Shown: positions 47,310-56,959 of the stretch, in pieces | How positions within the stretch are numbered: position 1 is the first letter of the stretch | Layout of the letters: each line of letters opens with the position of its first letter | Source: an uncultured Sporosarcina sp. | GTDB taxonomy: Bacteria > Bacillota > Bacilli > Bacillales_A > Planococcaceae | Length of the DNA: 64,000 nt | Reading direction: 5' to 3' | NCBI GenBank assembly: GCA_964632025.1 | Contig: CAZWAW010000001.1 | Coordinates: forward strand, 6,519 to 70,518 | Notes under the pieces: generated by a model | What the model was told of the DNA's origin: nothing | Databases searched by the model: none | Seen by the model: the letters and a program-made list of their open reading frames with translations, nothing else | Made by a program: the position numbers and the translations under genes

Positions 47310-48035
47310 ATGAAAATCGTCGTATGGAATGAAAATCGTCATGAACAAAAAAATCCAGTTGTCGCAGCTATTTACCCTGATGGAATTCACGGAGCCATTG
47401 CTGGCTTTTTACAACAAGACGCTAACCAGGTAAAAACAGCGACACTAGATGAACTAGAACATGGTTTAACGCAAGAGGTTTTGAATGATACCGATGTACT
47501 CGTTTGGTGGGGGCATCTTGCGCATGATGAAGTACAAGATGAGGTAGTAGAAAGAGTTAAGAAACGTGTATTGGAAGGCATGGGCTTGATTGTCTTGCAT
47601 TCAGCTCATTTTTCTAAGATATTCAAGACATTGATGGGGACGACTTGTGACCTTAAATGGCGTGAAGCAGATGAGAAAGAACGATTATGGGTTGTTGATC
47701 CGAGCCATCCAATTACAGAAGGCATCGGGGAATATATCGAACTTGAAAAAGAAGAGATGTATGGGGAACACTTTGATATCCCAGCACCTGATGAGTTAGT
47801 ATTTGTCAGTTGGTTTGAAGGTGGAGAAATATTTAGAAGTGGGGCCACATTTAAGCGCGGCAAAGGGAAGATATTCTATTTCCGCCCAGGGCATGAAACA
47901 TACCCTACATATTACAATAAAGATGTGCAACAGGTTATTCGTAACGCGGTGAAATGGGCTTTGAATTCGAATACACCAACACCAATCTATGGCAATGCTA
48001 AGTCATTGGAAAATATTTCTAATCACAACGGGTGA
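47310..48035 (+). CDS. ThuA domain-containing protein (trehalose-utilisation-like)
   Basis: ATG 47310 follows GAAGGAGG. It has the typical ThuA N-terminus ([12 protein letters not shown]) and WWGH / HSAHFSK motifs. Confidence 0.8.
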   Translation: MKIVVWNENRHEQKNPVVAAIYPDGIHGAIAGFLQQDANQVKTATLDELEHGLTQEVLNDTDVLVWWGHLAHDEVQDEVVERVKKRVLEGMGLIVLHSAHFSKIFKTLMGTTCDLKWREADEKERLWVVDPSHPITEGIGEYIELEKEEMYGEHFDIPAPDELVFVSWFEGGEIFRSGATFKRGKGKIFYFRPGHETYPTYYNKDVQQVIRNAVKWALNSNTPTPIYGNAKSLENISNHNG

Positions 48036-48057
48036 AAACAACTGGAGGAGTGAGGTA

Positions 48058-49083
48058 ATGTCGAAATTGCGAGTTGCTGTTATTGGATGCGGAAGCATTG
48101 CTAGATATAGACATTTAGGAGAATTTAATAACCATTCCGGAGTAGAAATTGTCGCTGTCTGTGACATTATTGAAGAAAGAGCACAAGAGATTGCGCAACA
48201 ATACGGAGCAAAAGCGTATACGAGCTATGAAGAGTTATTTGAAGTGGAAAAACCGGATGCAGTGAGTGTTTGTTTACCAAACTATTTACATGCACCCGTT
48301 TCCATTGCTGCTTTACAAGCGGGTTGTCATGTCTTATGTGAAAAGCCTATGGCAACATCGAAAGCTGAAGCAGAAGAAATGATTGAAGCGGCGAAAAATA
48401 ATAATAAAAAATTAATGATCGCGCATAACCAACGTTTTGTACCATCGCACGCTAAGGCACGAGACTTAATTGCGAAAGGTGAAGTAGGTAAAATCTATAG
48501 CTTCAGAACTGCATTTGGACATGGCGGGCCTGAAGGGTGGAGTATTGACGGTAAGGATAGTTGGTTTTTCAATAAAGAGCAAGCTTTTATTGGAGCGATG
48601 GGGGATCTCGGTGTACATAAAGCTGATTTGCTCCGCTACTTACTTGGTGAAGAATTTGTCGAGGTAGCTGGCTTTATTGAAACAAGTGCAAAAGAAAATA
48701 CAGATGTTGATGATAATGCTGTTTGTATTTTAAAGTCTGAAAGCGGTGTGATTGGCACACTTGCAGCTAGTTGGGCTTATACGGCAAAAGAAGATAATTC
48801 CACAATTATCTATGGTGAACATGCTACTTTACGTTTAGAAGATGATCCAAACTATTCGTTAATTGTGCAATATAAAAATGGTGAAGTTGTTAACTATGAA
48901 TTGGGTGGAATTCAATCTAATGCCGAAGGTGGTCAAACAACCACGCAGATCATTGAACATTTTGTGGATTCGATTGTGCAAGATACTGAGCCACTCATTA
49001 ATGGTGAAGAAGGTATGAAATCATTACAGGTAATTCTGGCAGCTTTGGAATCAATGGAGACAAAACAATTCACAAAAATTTAA
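48058..49083 (+). CDS. Gfo/Idh/MocA family oxidoreductase
   Basis: ATG 48058 follows GGAGGAG. It has a Rossmann N-terminus (VAVIGCGSIARYRH) and EKP motif (VLCEKPMA). It is a paralogue of 56960-57997. Confidence 0.9.
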   Translation: MSKLRVAVIGCGSIARYRHLGEFNNHSGVEIVAVCDIIEERAQEIAQQYGAKAYTSYEELFEVEKPDAVSVCLPNYLHAPVSIAALQAGCHVLCEKPMATSKAEAEEMIEAAKNNNKKLMIAHNQRFVPSHAKARDLIAKGEVGKIYSFRTAFGHGGPEGWSIDGKDSWFFNKEQAFIGAMGDLGVHKADLLRYLLGEEFVEVAGFIETSAKENTDVDDNAVCILKSESGVIGTLAASWAYTAKEDNSTIIYGEHATLRLEDDPNYSLIVQYKNGEVVNYELGGIQSNAEGGQTTTQIIEHFVDSIVQDTEPLINGEEGMKSLQVILAALESMETKQFTKI

Positions 49084-49105
49084 CTAACCATTGGAGGTGC
49101 GAATC

Positions 49106-50074
49106 ATGAAACTAGGCGTATTTGCTGTTTTATTTGCAGAAAAATCATTTGAAGACATGCTGGATCACGTGAAAAAAGCAGGTGTAGAGTCTGTTGAAAT
49201 TGGCACAGGCGGCTATCCAGGGGATGCCCATTGTAATGTAGATGAGCTCCTTGCAAGTGAGGATAAACGGAAGGAATATCTTGATAAAGTCCAATCACGC
49301 GGGCTAACAATTAGTGCCTTCAGCTGTCATGGTAACCCGGTTTCACCAAATAAACAAGTCGCACAAAACGCCCACGATACATTCGTGAAAACGGTTAAAC
49401 TGGCACAGTTATTAAATGTGCCAGTTGTTAATACATTTTCAGGAACGCCAGGCTCCCATGAAGGCTCAACGCATTCAAACTGGCCGATATCTCCATGGCC
49501 AACAGAGTACTCGGATATTTATAAGTGGCAATGGGAACAAAAACTCATTCCATACTGGAAAGAACAAGGGAAATTTGCTGAAGATCACGGTGTGAAAATA
49601 GGGATTGAGCTTCATGGTGGGTTTTCAGTACATACACCCTATACCCTGTTGAAATTAAGAGAAGCAACCTCACCAGCTATTGGAGCCAATTTAGATCCAA
49701 GTCATCTTTGGTGGCAAGGGATTGATCCGGTCGCGGCGATTAAAATTTTAGGAAAAGAAAATGCCATTCATCATTTTCATGCCAAAGATACATTTATTGA
49801 CCAGGACAATGTGAACATGCATGGCTTGACAGATATGCAACCATACGGAGATGTTCAAACACGCGCATGGACATTTAGGTCTGTCGGCTGTGGGCATAGT
49901 ATCCAAGAATGGTCTGATATGATGAGTGCTTTACGCACCTATGGCTATGATTATGTTGTGAGTATTGAACATGAAGATCCGTTAATGTCGGTTGATGAAG
50001 GATTTTCACGCGCAGTGACGAATCTGAAATCAGTAATTATTAAAGATCAGCCTGCCGATATGTGGTGGGTATAA
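49106..50074 (+). CDS. sugar phosphate isomerase/epimerase (xylose isomerase-like TIM barrel)
   Basis: ATG 49106 follows GGAGGTG. It has AP_endonuc_2-type metal-ligand regions (IELHGG, HAKD, SIEHED). It is a close paralogue of 58883-59851. Confidence 0.85.
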   Translation: MKLGVFAVLFAEKSFEDMLDHVKKAGVESVEIGTGGYPGDAHCNVDELLASEDKRKEYLDKVQSRGLTISAFSCHGNPVSPNKQVAQNAHDTFVKTVKLAQLLNVPVVNTFSGTPGSHEGSTHSNWPISPWPTEYSDIYKWQWEQKLIPYWKEQGKFAEDHGVKIGIELHGGFSVHTPYTLLKLREATSPAIGANLDPSHLWWQGIDPVAAIKILGKENAIHHFHAKDTFIDQDNVNMHGLTDMQPYGDVQTRAWTFRSVGCGHSIQEWSDMMSALRTYGYDYVVSIEHEDPLMSVDEGFSRAVTNLKSVIIKDQPADMWWV

Positions 50075-50083
50075 CAAACAGAA

Positions 50084-50129
50084 AAAGTTGCGCTGTATGA
50101 GCTAGATATTCATGCGGCGTGACTTTTTT
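50084..50129 (+). terminator. rho-independent terminator
   Basis: Stem agttgcgctgtatg/catgcggcgtgact. All non-Watson-Crick positions are G-U on the plus-strand RNA. It is followed by tttttt. Confidence 0.6.
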
Positions 50130-50223
50130 ACGGCCAAATTAATGCATGTATTCATATAGTAGACCTGTATCGAATGATCACCAATAAATTGTAGATAATT
50201 TAAAAATGAGAAGAGTGGTATGA

Positions 50224-51264
50224 ATGAGTGTATTAAGAGTTGGAATCATTGGTGCTGGGGGAATTGCTAGTGGTGTACATGTCCCTAGTTATTTGAACAG
50301 CGAGTACAAGGTGGAAATAGTGGCAATTGCTGACGTTATAGTGGAACGTGCACAACAAGTTGCAGAATTATTTACGATTCCTCATGTCTTTTCTTCTTAT
50401 AAAGAAATGCTTGAGAACGTAGAATTAGATGCAGTAAGTGTTTGCGTGCCCAATAAATTTCATGCGGAAGCTACGATTGCCGCGCTTGAGGCAGGTTGTC
50501 ATGTGTTGTGTGAAAAACCACCGGCAATGACTGTGGAAGAAGCACAACTAATGGTTAAAGCGGCAAGCGATTCGGGAAAAATTTTAACATACGGTTTTCA
50601 TTATCGCTATCGACCTGAAGTGGAAATCGCAAAATCGTTTATTGATGCGGGAGAAATGGGCGATATTTACGCCGCTCGCGTTCACGCTATTCGCAGGAGA
50701 GGAATTCCGGGGTGGGGTGTATTTACGAATAAGGAATTACAAGGCGGTGGTCCATTGATCGATATTGGCGTTCATATGCTAGATACCGCTCTCTATCTGA
50801 TGGGCTATCCAGAACCTGACGTTGTGTTAGGGAAAACACATCAACAAATAGGCCATAAAAAAGGAGTGGGGCTATTTGGTGATTGGGACTATGAAAACTA
50901 TACGGTAGAAGATATGGCTGTTGGTATGGTGACATTTAAAAATGGGGCAACTTTAACATTGGAAGCTGCTTTTGCTGCAAATGTCGAAAAAGATGAGACG
51001 ATGCAGGTTACCTTGATGGGTAATAAAGGGGGAGCTGATATATTTCCTTTGAAAATTTATCAGGAGAAATACAACACATTAATCGATAGTACTCCCGCTT
51101 ATTTACCAGAAGTAAATGGTCATCAGCTTGAAATCCATCAATTTGTAGAATGCTGCTTGGGAGGTAAGACCCCATTAAGTACACCAGAACAAGGGCTTAT
51201 CATTCAAAAAATCGTGAATGCTATTTATGAATCTGCGGAAACTGGAAAGGCAATACAGTTTTAA
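50224..51264 (+). CDS. Gfo/Idh/MocA family oxidoreductase
   Basis: 346 aa with a Rossmann N-terminus (VGIIGAGGIA) and EKP motif (VLCEKPPA). It is the source copy of the remnant at 62293-62570. Confidence 0.9.
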   Translation: MSVLRVGIIGAGGIASGVHVPSYLNSEYKVEIVAIADVIVERAQQVAELFTIPHVFSSYKEMLENVELDAVSVCVPNKFHAEATIAALEAGCHVLCEKPPAMTVEEAQLMVKAASDSGKILTYGFHYRYRPEVEIAKSFIDAGEMGDIYAARVHAIRRRGIPGWGVFTNKELQGGGPLIDIGVHMLDTALYLMGYPEPDVVLGKTHQQIGHKKGVGLFGDWDYENYTVEDMAVGMVTFKNGATLTLEAAFAANVEKDETMQVTLMGNKGGADIFPLKIYQEKYNTLIDSTPAYLPEVNGHQLEIHQFVECCLGGKTPLSTPEQGLIIQKIVNAIYESAETGKAIQF

Positions 51265-51363
51265 AAACCAGCTTAGGAATAATTTGCTATGCCGTACTTA
51301 AAGCTGTTTATCTAACTTTAAATTGACATTTAGTTTGTTTAGAACTTGAAATAATTAATATGG

Positions 51364-51411
51364 TGCGCTTGGTAATTTGCTGACGACAGCATCTACCTAG
51401 CGCATTTTTTG
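51364..51411 (+). terminator. rho-independent terminator
   Basis: Stem tgcgcttggta/tacctagcgca followed by tttttt. Confidence 0.6.
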
Positions 51412-51558
51412 TGGGAGAATTTAACTAAGAGAAAAATGAAATATAAAAGTAATTTAAATAGGGTCCATTACGATAAGTCTTTATGGAGTGACTTTTAATT
51501 CCGATATTAAGGATTAGTTCTCAGTTAATTGAAAATGTGTAAAATTTAAAATACAGTG

Positions 51559-51587
51559 TTGACAAAAGTGCTAATTAATAGTAATAT
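51559..51587 (+). promoter_or_regulatory. sigma-A promoter of the second LacI gene
   Basis: TTGACA (51559-51564), exactly 17 nt, then TAATAT (51582-51587). Confidence 0.55.
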
Positions 51588-51591
51588 TCAG

Positions 51592-51609
51592 AATGTAATC
51601 GATTACATT
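51592..51609. promoter_or_regulatory. 18-bp perfect palindromic operator (autoregulatory site)
   Basis: AATGTAATCGATTACATT lies immediately downstream of the -10 element. An identical copy is at 52909-52926. Confidence 0.55.
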
Positions 51610-51639
51610 GCAAATAGATTTCGAAAGTAGGCTGTTAAT

Positions 51640-52623
51640 ATGGCTACCATTCAAGATGTCGCTCGAAAAGCAGGGGTTTCTGTCGCGACAGTTTCAAGGG
51701 TATTGAACAATCAGAATGTCGTAGCGAAGGAAACGGCAATTAAGGTAGAAAAAGCAATTAATGAACTAAATTATGAACCTAGTGTGCTGGGGCGTAACTT
51801 GAGGACGTCAGAAAGTAGGCTAATTCTTGTGCTGATTCCTAGTATTGCAAATCCATTCTACACTGAAATAATAAAAGGCCTTGAGGATACTGCAATTGAA
51901 CAAGATTATAACATTCTCCTTTGCGAAACAGGTTCCAATCCAAAAAGAGAATCGATTTATATTAATTTAGTAAGGAATCGCTTAGCGGATGGGGTTATTT
52001 CTATGGATCCAGCTGTAGATAAGGTGAGGCTGACCGAGCTGGCTAAAAAGTATCCAGTTGTGCAGTGTAGTGAATATGATAAATTTGGAACTATTTCCTA
52101 CGTAACTATTGATAGTGAATTAGCTGCATACCAAGCAGTAAGGTATTTAATTCAGATAGGTCATAAGAGAATTGGACTTATCAATTCAGATAATAAATAT
52201 TTATATGCTCGTGATCGGTATGAAGGTTATATTAAAGCTCTGAATGAATTTGATATACCAATTAACACTGATTGGATCTACAATGTTGAAAGTGTAAGAT
52301 TTCAAGATGGGCAGCAAGCAATGAGGAGACTATTAAATCACCCGGATAGGCCAACTGCAATATTCGCTGATTCCGATGTACTAGCTATCGGTGCTCTAAA
52401 AGAAATTAATTCTAATGGATTGAATGTACCAAAAGATATTGCGTTAGTCGGGTTTGATAATATTGATTTTTCCAATATGACTTATCCAACTTTAACTACT
52501 ATTTCACAACCAATGTATAAAATGGGAATTGCATCAGCGAATATGATTATTCAAAAAATTAGAGGGAAAAAAGTAGGGAATGTTATTTTAGACCATGAAC
52601 TTGTCATTCGTGAGTCTACTTAA
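51640..52623 (+). CDS. LacI family transcriptional regulator
   Basis: It has the HTH motif TIQDVARKAGVSVATVSRVLN and a sugar-binding effector domain. Confidence 0.9.
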   Translation: MATIQDVARKAGVSVATVSRVLNNQNVVAKETAIKVEKAINELNYEPSVLGRNLRTSESRLILVLIPSIANPFYTEIIKGLEDTAIEQDYNILLCETGSNPKRESIYINLVRNRLADGVISMDPAVDKVRLTELAKKYPVVQCSEYDKFGTISYVTIDSELAAYQAVRYLIQIGHKRIGLINSDNKYLYARDRYEGYIKALNEFDIPINTDWIYNVESVRFQDGQQAMRRLLNHPDRPTAIFADSDVLAIGALKEINSNGLNVPKDIALVGFDNIDFSNMTYPTLTTISQPMYKMGIASANMIIQKIRGKKVGNVILDHELVIREST

Positions 52624-52908
52624 TTTTACGCTTAAAAAAGATTGATAATTCAACTAAATTCGTTTAGGTGTGTTTTATAATTAAATTGAAAATTTAGTAT
52701 TAATAAAGTCAGTCATATCTTATTAGTATCTAAATGAATGAATTAGATGACAAAGCGAATATATTATGGCTGTGTTGTTTTTTTTTATAAGAAATAATTT
52801 TCATATAAATACAATGATATTGGGGAGGTGATTATGAAATTAAATCAATAAAAGAATAAATGTAAGGTGAAGAACCGTTCAATAATTCGGTTCTAATTTT
52901 AAAACCCT

Positions 52909-52926
52909 AATGTAATCGATTACATT
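52909..52926. promoter_or_regulatory. 18-bp perfect palindromic operator, second copy
   Basis: AATGTAATCGATTACATT lies about 90 nt upstream of the TIM-barrel gene that heads the second cassette. Confidence 0.55.
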
Positions 52927-53013
52927 CCGGAAGTGAGAAAAATGTAGGCTTTGAAATCAACTAATAACTTTTATATGGTAGCACTGAAATCTAATAAAAA
53001 GGGGAACTGACAA

Positions 53014-53778
53014 ATGCAAAGTATACCAATTGCTCTTCAAATGTTTTCATTACGTAATGAAAGTGAAAAAGACTTTATCGGAACTTTAAAAAAGGTGGCT
53101 GATATGGGGTACGACGGAATAGAGTTTGCTGGCTATGGGGGATTAGCCGCAGAAGAATTAAAAATGGTATTGGATAATATTGGTTTGAAAGCAGCTTCTA
53201 GCCATGTTTCACTTACCACATTAGAGACAGAGTTGGAGGAGATTATTAACTATCAGCATATTATAGGTAGTAAAAATATTGTTTGTCCATATCTTCCACC
53301 GGAAAGACGGGGAAAAGAAGATTACTATAATCTAATTCCATTCCTAAACAAAGTGGGGGAAAGGTGTTTTGATGAAGGTATTACTTTCTCATACCATAAT
53401 CATGATTTTGAATTAATTGAATTAGAAGATGGGAAAAGACCACTTGAATTATTAATGGAAGAAACAAACCCTAAATGGGTTCAAACAGAATTGGATATTT
53501 ATTGGTTAACAAAAGCCGGGGAAAATCCAGTCGAGTGGATAGAACGCTATCAAAATAGGACTCCATTAATTCACTTAAAAGACATGACCACTGACGGTGA
53601 ACAGTTTTTTGCTGAATTAGGCACCGGCGGAGTAGATATTGATGGGGTTTTAAAGCAAGCAAGTAATTCGAATTTAGAATGGTGGGTTATAGAACAAGAT
53701 CAAAGCAGACGTACTCCACTGGAAAGCGTCAAAATTAGCATCGATTATTTAAAAACAAAATTTGCAACTATTTCTTAA
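53014..53778 (+). CDS. sugar phosphate isomerase/epimerase (TIM barrel)
   Basis: 254 aa in the AP_endonuc_2 family (GYDGIEFAG, YHNHDFE, HLKD, VIEQD). Confidence 0.85.
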   Translation: MQSIPIALQMFSLRNESEKDFIGTLKKVADMGYDGIEFAGYGGLAAEELKMVLDNIGLKAASSHVSLTTLETELEEIINYQHIIGSKNIVCPYLPPERRGKEDYYNLIPFLNKVGERCFDEGITFSYHNHDFELIELEDGKRPLELLMEETNPKWVQTELDIYWLTKAGENPVEWIERYQNRTPLIHLKDMTTDGEQFFAELGTGGVDIDGVLKQASNSNLEWWVIEQDQSRRTPLESVKISIDYLKTKFATIS

Positions 53779-53810
53779 ATACTAAACTTAAATAATGGGG
53801 GGACATTATT

Positions 53811-55088
53811 ATGAAAAGATTATTATTCATGTTAATAGCTAGTTCAGTGTTGTTTTTAGTTGCATGTGGAGGTAAAGATTCGTCTGCACCAGAGGGGACT
53901 GCTAATGACGATAAAGTAATTGAGTTTTGGCATATTGAACCAGGTGAAAAGGGTAAAATATTCGAAGAAGTGGCACAGCAATTTGAGGAAGATAATCCGG
54001 GAGTTAAAGTAAAGTTAACCCGTATTCCTAATGATTCATTTAAACAAAAGCTATCGGTAGCAATGTCCGGTGGAGAGGTACCCGACATATTCCAAAGTTG
54101 GGGTGGCGGATGGTTAAAAAACTTTGCAGATGAAGGTAATGTACTAGATATTACGGAAGATGTAGAAGAAGGCCATTTTAATCAGCTAGCTTTAGATAAT
54201 TCTACTTATAATGATAAGTTATATGGACTGCCACTAGGACTAACGATTGATGTCGTGTTTTATAATAAAGAAATATTTGATAAATATGGATTAGAGGCAC
54301 CAAAGACATTTGATGAATGGCTTAAAGTTATTGATGTTTTAAATGAAAATAATGTTATTCCGATTGCTCTAACAAATCAAACTAAATGGCCTGGAGCATA
54401 TTATTTAATGAACTTTGCAGCTCGCATTGGCGGTCCTGATTTGTTTAACAGTGCGTTTAAACGTGAAGGTAAAGGTTTTGATGATCCTGCATATGTCCAA
54501 GCGGGAGAATACATTCAAGAATTAGTGAAAAGAAACGCATTTAATCCAGGATTTAACGGTGTTCCATATGATGAGGGACAAGGTCGACAATTATTGTATT
54601 CAGGACAAGCAGCAATGATGGATATGACAATATCACTGCTAAATAATATTAAGGATGAAGCTCCAGAATTTGAAGAAAAGCTAGACTTTTTCCTTTTCCC
54701 TACAGTACCTGGAGGAAAAGGTGACCAAACACAAGTTGGTGGATCGGCATCCCCAGTTTTTTCAGTTTCGCAGGATAGTGAAGTTGCTGACTTATCGGTA
54801 GCATTACTCAAAGCACTTACAACTGAAAAAATAGCACATGAATATGTAAAACGTACTGGCTCTTTGAGTTCCGTTGCTGGAATAGAACCAGAAGATAAGT
54901 TAGTCAAACGTTTTTTTGAAATCACGGAAAGTGCTACACACATCCAAATGCCTTATGACCAAACTTTACCACCTGAATTAGGAGAAAAACATAAGGATAC
55001 TACTCAAGCAATCTTTGGTTTGGATATGACACCAGAAGAGGCTGCAAAACAAATGGAGAAAAAAGCAGTGGAATTGTTGGATAAATGA
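53811..55088 (+). CDS. sugar ABC transporter substrate-binding lipoprotein
   Basis: 425 aa with a lipobox (LVACGG) and the SBP_bac_1 layout. Confidence 0.9.
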   Translation: MKRLLFMLIASSVLFLVACGGKDSSAPEGTANDDKVIEFWHIEPGEKGKIFEEVAQQFEEDNPGVKVKLTRIPNDSFKQKLSVAMSGGEVPDIFQSWGGGWLKNFADEGNVLDITEDVEEGHFNQLALDNSTYNDKLYGLPLGLTIDVVFYNKEIFDKYGLEAPKTFDEWLKVIDVLNENNVIPIALTNQTKWPGAYYLMNFAARIGGPDLFNSAFKREGKGFDDPAYVQAGEYIQELVKRNAFNPGFNGVPYDEGQGRQLLYSGQAAMMDMTISLLNNIKDEAPEFEEKLDFFLFPTVPGGKGDQTQVGGSASPVFSVSQDSEVADLSVALLKALTTEKIAHEYVKRTGSLSSVAGIEPEDKLVKRFFEITESATHIQMPYDQTLPPELGEKHKDTTQAIFGLDMTPEEAAKQMEKKAVELLDK

Positions 55089-55146
55089 TAGCTGGGGGAG
55101 AGTCCATCATCTCCCCATCTTCATTAAATAGAGGAGGAGGGAAATT

Positions 55147-56088
55147 GTGGAGACAGAACTTACTGCTTCTGAATCAAAGGGAATAAAATCAAGAAGTAAA
55201 ATAATTGATAAAAAGGTTAAAAAAGCAATGACGATTAGCCTTTTTATCGCGCCGGCGTTAATCATTTACTCTTTATATGTTATTTATCCCATTTTAACTA
55301 CTTTAAACTATAGTTTTTTTGAATGGAATGGCATAAGTGATAAAATGTTTATTGGTCTGGATAACTACATTAGGATGTTTAACGATGATGTTTTTTGGGT
55401 GTCACTCAAAAATAATGGTTGGGTAGTAATTGCTTCAGTTTTTATTCAGATTCCATTAGGATTAGTTATGGCGTTGTTGCTTTTCGCTCCTATTAGGGGG
55501 ATTCGTTTCTTTAATGGTATTTACTTCATCCCCTTTCTAATGTCTACAGTTGCGGTCGGTATGTTATGGCGATTAATGTACGATCCAATTAATGGGACAA
55601 TTAATCAGTTAATAAACCTATTTGGGTTTGAAAATGTCGCTTGGCTAAGCGAAAAGAACACTGCTATATTTTCAGTGTTGATGGTAGTCGTATGGCAATT
55701 TTCACCGTTTTATATGATTCTTTTTAAAGCAGGAATAGTTGGAATATCGGAGGAAATGTATGAAGCGGCAGACATTGATGGAGCAAATTATCTACAAAAA
55801 TTTGCTAAAATCACGTTGCCATTATTAGCACCGACAATCGTAACATCGTCTATTTTAGCAATCGTAGGTTCCTTAAAGTCATTTGATTTATTCTATATTA
55901 TGACGGGTGGCGGCCCGAACCATGGTACAGAGATACTAGGCACTTACATGTATAAGCAAGCTTTTATAAATTATAACATGGGGTATGCAAGTGCTATTGC
56001 TTTTGTAATGTTTGGACTTGCTTTAGTTGTAGTAATAATCATTCAGTATCTTGATTATTATCGTAAAAAGAAAGGTGATTTACTATGA
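55147..56088 (+). CDS. carbohydrate ABC transporter permease
   Basis: It has the EAA loop (MYEAADIDGANYLQKFAKITLPL) and a GTG start after GAGGAGGAGGG. Confidence 0.85.
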   Translation: METELTASESKGIKSRSKIIDKKVKKAMTISLFIAPALIIYSLYVIYPILTTLNYSFFEWNGISDKMFIGLDNYIRMFNDDVFWVSLKNNGWVVIASVFIQIPLGLVMALLLFAPIRGIRFFNGIYFIPFLMSTVAVGMLWRLMYDPINGTINQLINLFGFENVAWLSEKNTAIFSVLMVVVWQFSPFYMILFKAGIVGISEEMYEAADIDGANYLQKFAKITLPLLAPTIVTSSILAIVGSLKSFDLFYIMTGGGPNHGTEILGTYMYKQAFINYNMGYASAIAFVMFGLALVVVIIIQYLDYYRKKKGDLL

Positions 56089-56906
56089 TTGCTATACTTA
56101 AGCGAGGTCCACTATACCTATTTGCCTTACTATTATTACTATTTACAGCTTATCCGTTCGTATATATGATTTCAACGGCATTAAAGAGCCAACCGGAATT
56201 TTACGAGGCCCCATTTGCTTTGTTTTCATCATTCAATTTTGAGAACGTCAAAACTGTCTTTGAAATGGGATTAACTCAATACTTTACAAATAGTGTTCTA
56301 ATAACTGTTACATCTGTTTTGGCCGTTATGTTATTTGCATCAATGGCGAGTTATCCTTTAAGTAGAATGAACTTTAAATTGAGTGGTCTAGTATATATAC
56401 TTTTTATCGCTGGAATGATGCTTCCGATTCATGCAACATTGATACCAATATTTAAACTTACCCAAAGTATGGGGTTATATGATAATCTATGGGCATTATT
56501 TGGACCGTATATAGCATTTAGTTTACCAATATCCGTTTTCATCTTGACCCAATTTATGCGGGATATTCCTAAGTCATTAGAAGAGGCAGCGGAGTTGGAT
56601 GGGGCATCGCACTTCAGTATATTTTGGAGAGTAATCTTACCGATGGTTTCTCCAGCATTAATGACTGTACTAATTTATAATTTTATCCATTTGTGGAATG
56701 AATTTGTCTTTGCGCTTGTGTTAATTTCTACACCAGAAAAAATGACGCTTCCACTCGGTCTACAAAATTTCAAGGGAGAGTTTTCTGTTAATATTCCAGG
56801 ATTAATGACTGCATTGGCATTAGCTAGTATTCCGGTGCTTCTGGTTTACTTGTTTTCCCAAGAGAAAGTTACTACAGGATTAGCTGGAGGGGCAGTAAAA
56901 GAATAA
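56085..56906 (+). CDS. carbohydrate ABC transporter permease
   Basis: It has a 4-nt overlap with the upstream gene and the EAA loop (LEEAAELDGASHFSIFWRVILPM). Confidence 0.9.
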   Translation: MIAILKRGPLYLFALLLLLFTAYPFVYMISTALKSQPEFYEAPFALFSSFNFENVKTVFEMGLTQYFTNSVLITVTSVLAVMLFASMASYPLSRMNFKLSGLVYILFIAGMMLPIHATLIPIFKLTQSMGLYDNLWALFGPYIAFSLPISVFILTQFMRDIPKSLEEAAELDGASHFSIFWRVILPMVSPALMTVLIYNFIHLWNEFVFALVLISTPEKMTLPLGLQNFKGEFSVNIPGLMTALALASIPVLLVYLFSQEKVTTGLAGGAVKE

Positions 56907-56959
56907 TGGCTGTTGATTTATTTTGAGAAAATTTATTATTATATGGGGGATTGAAATTT

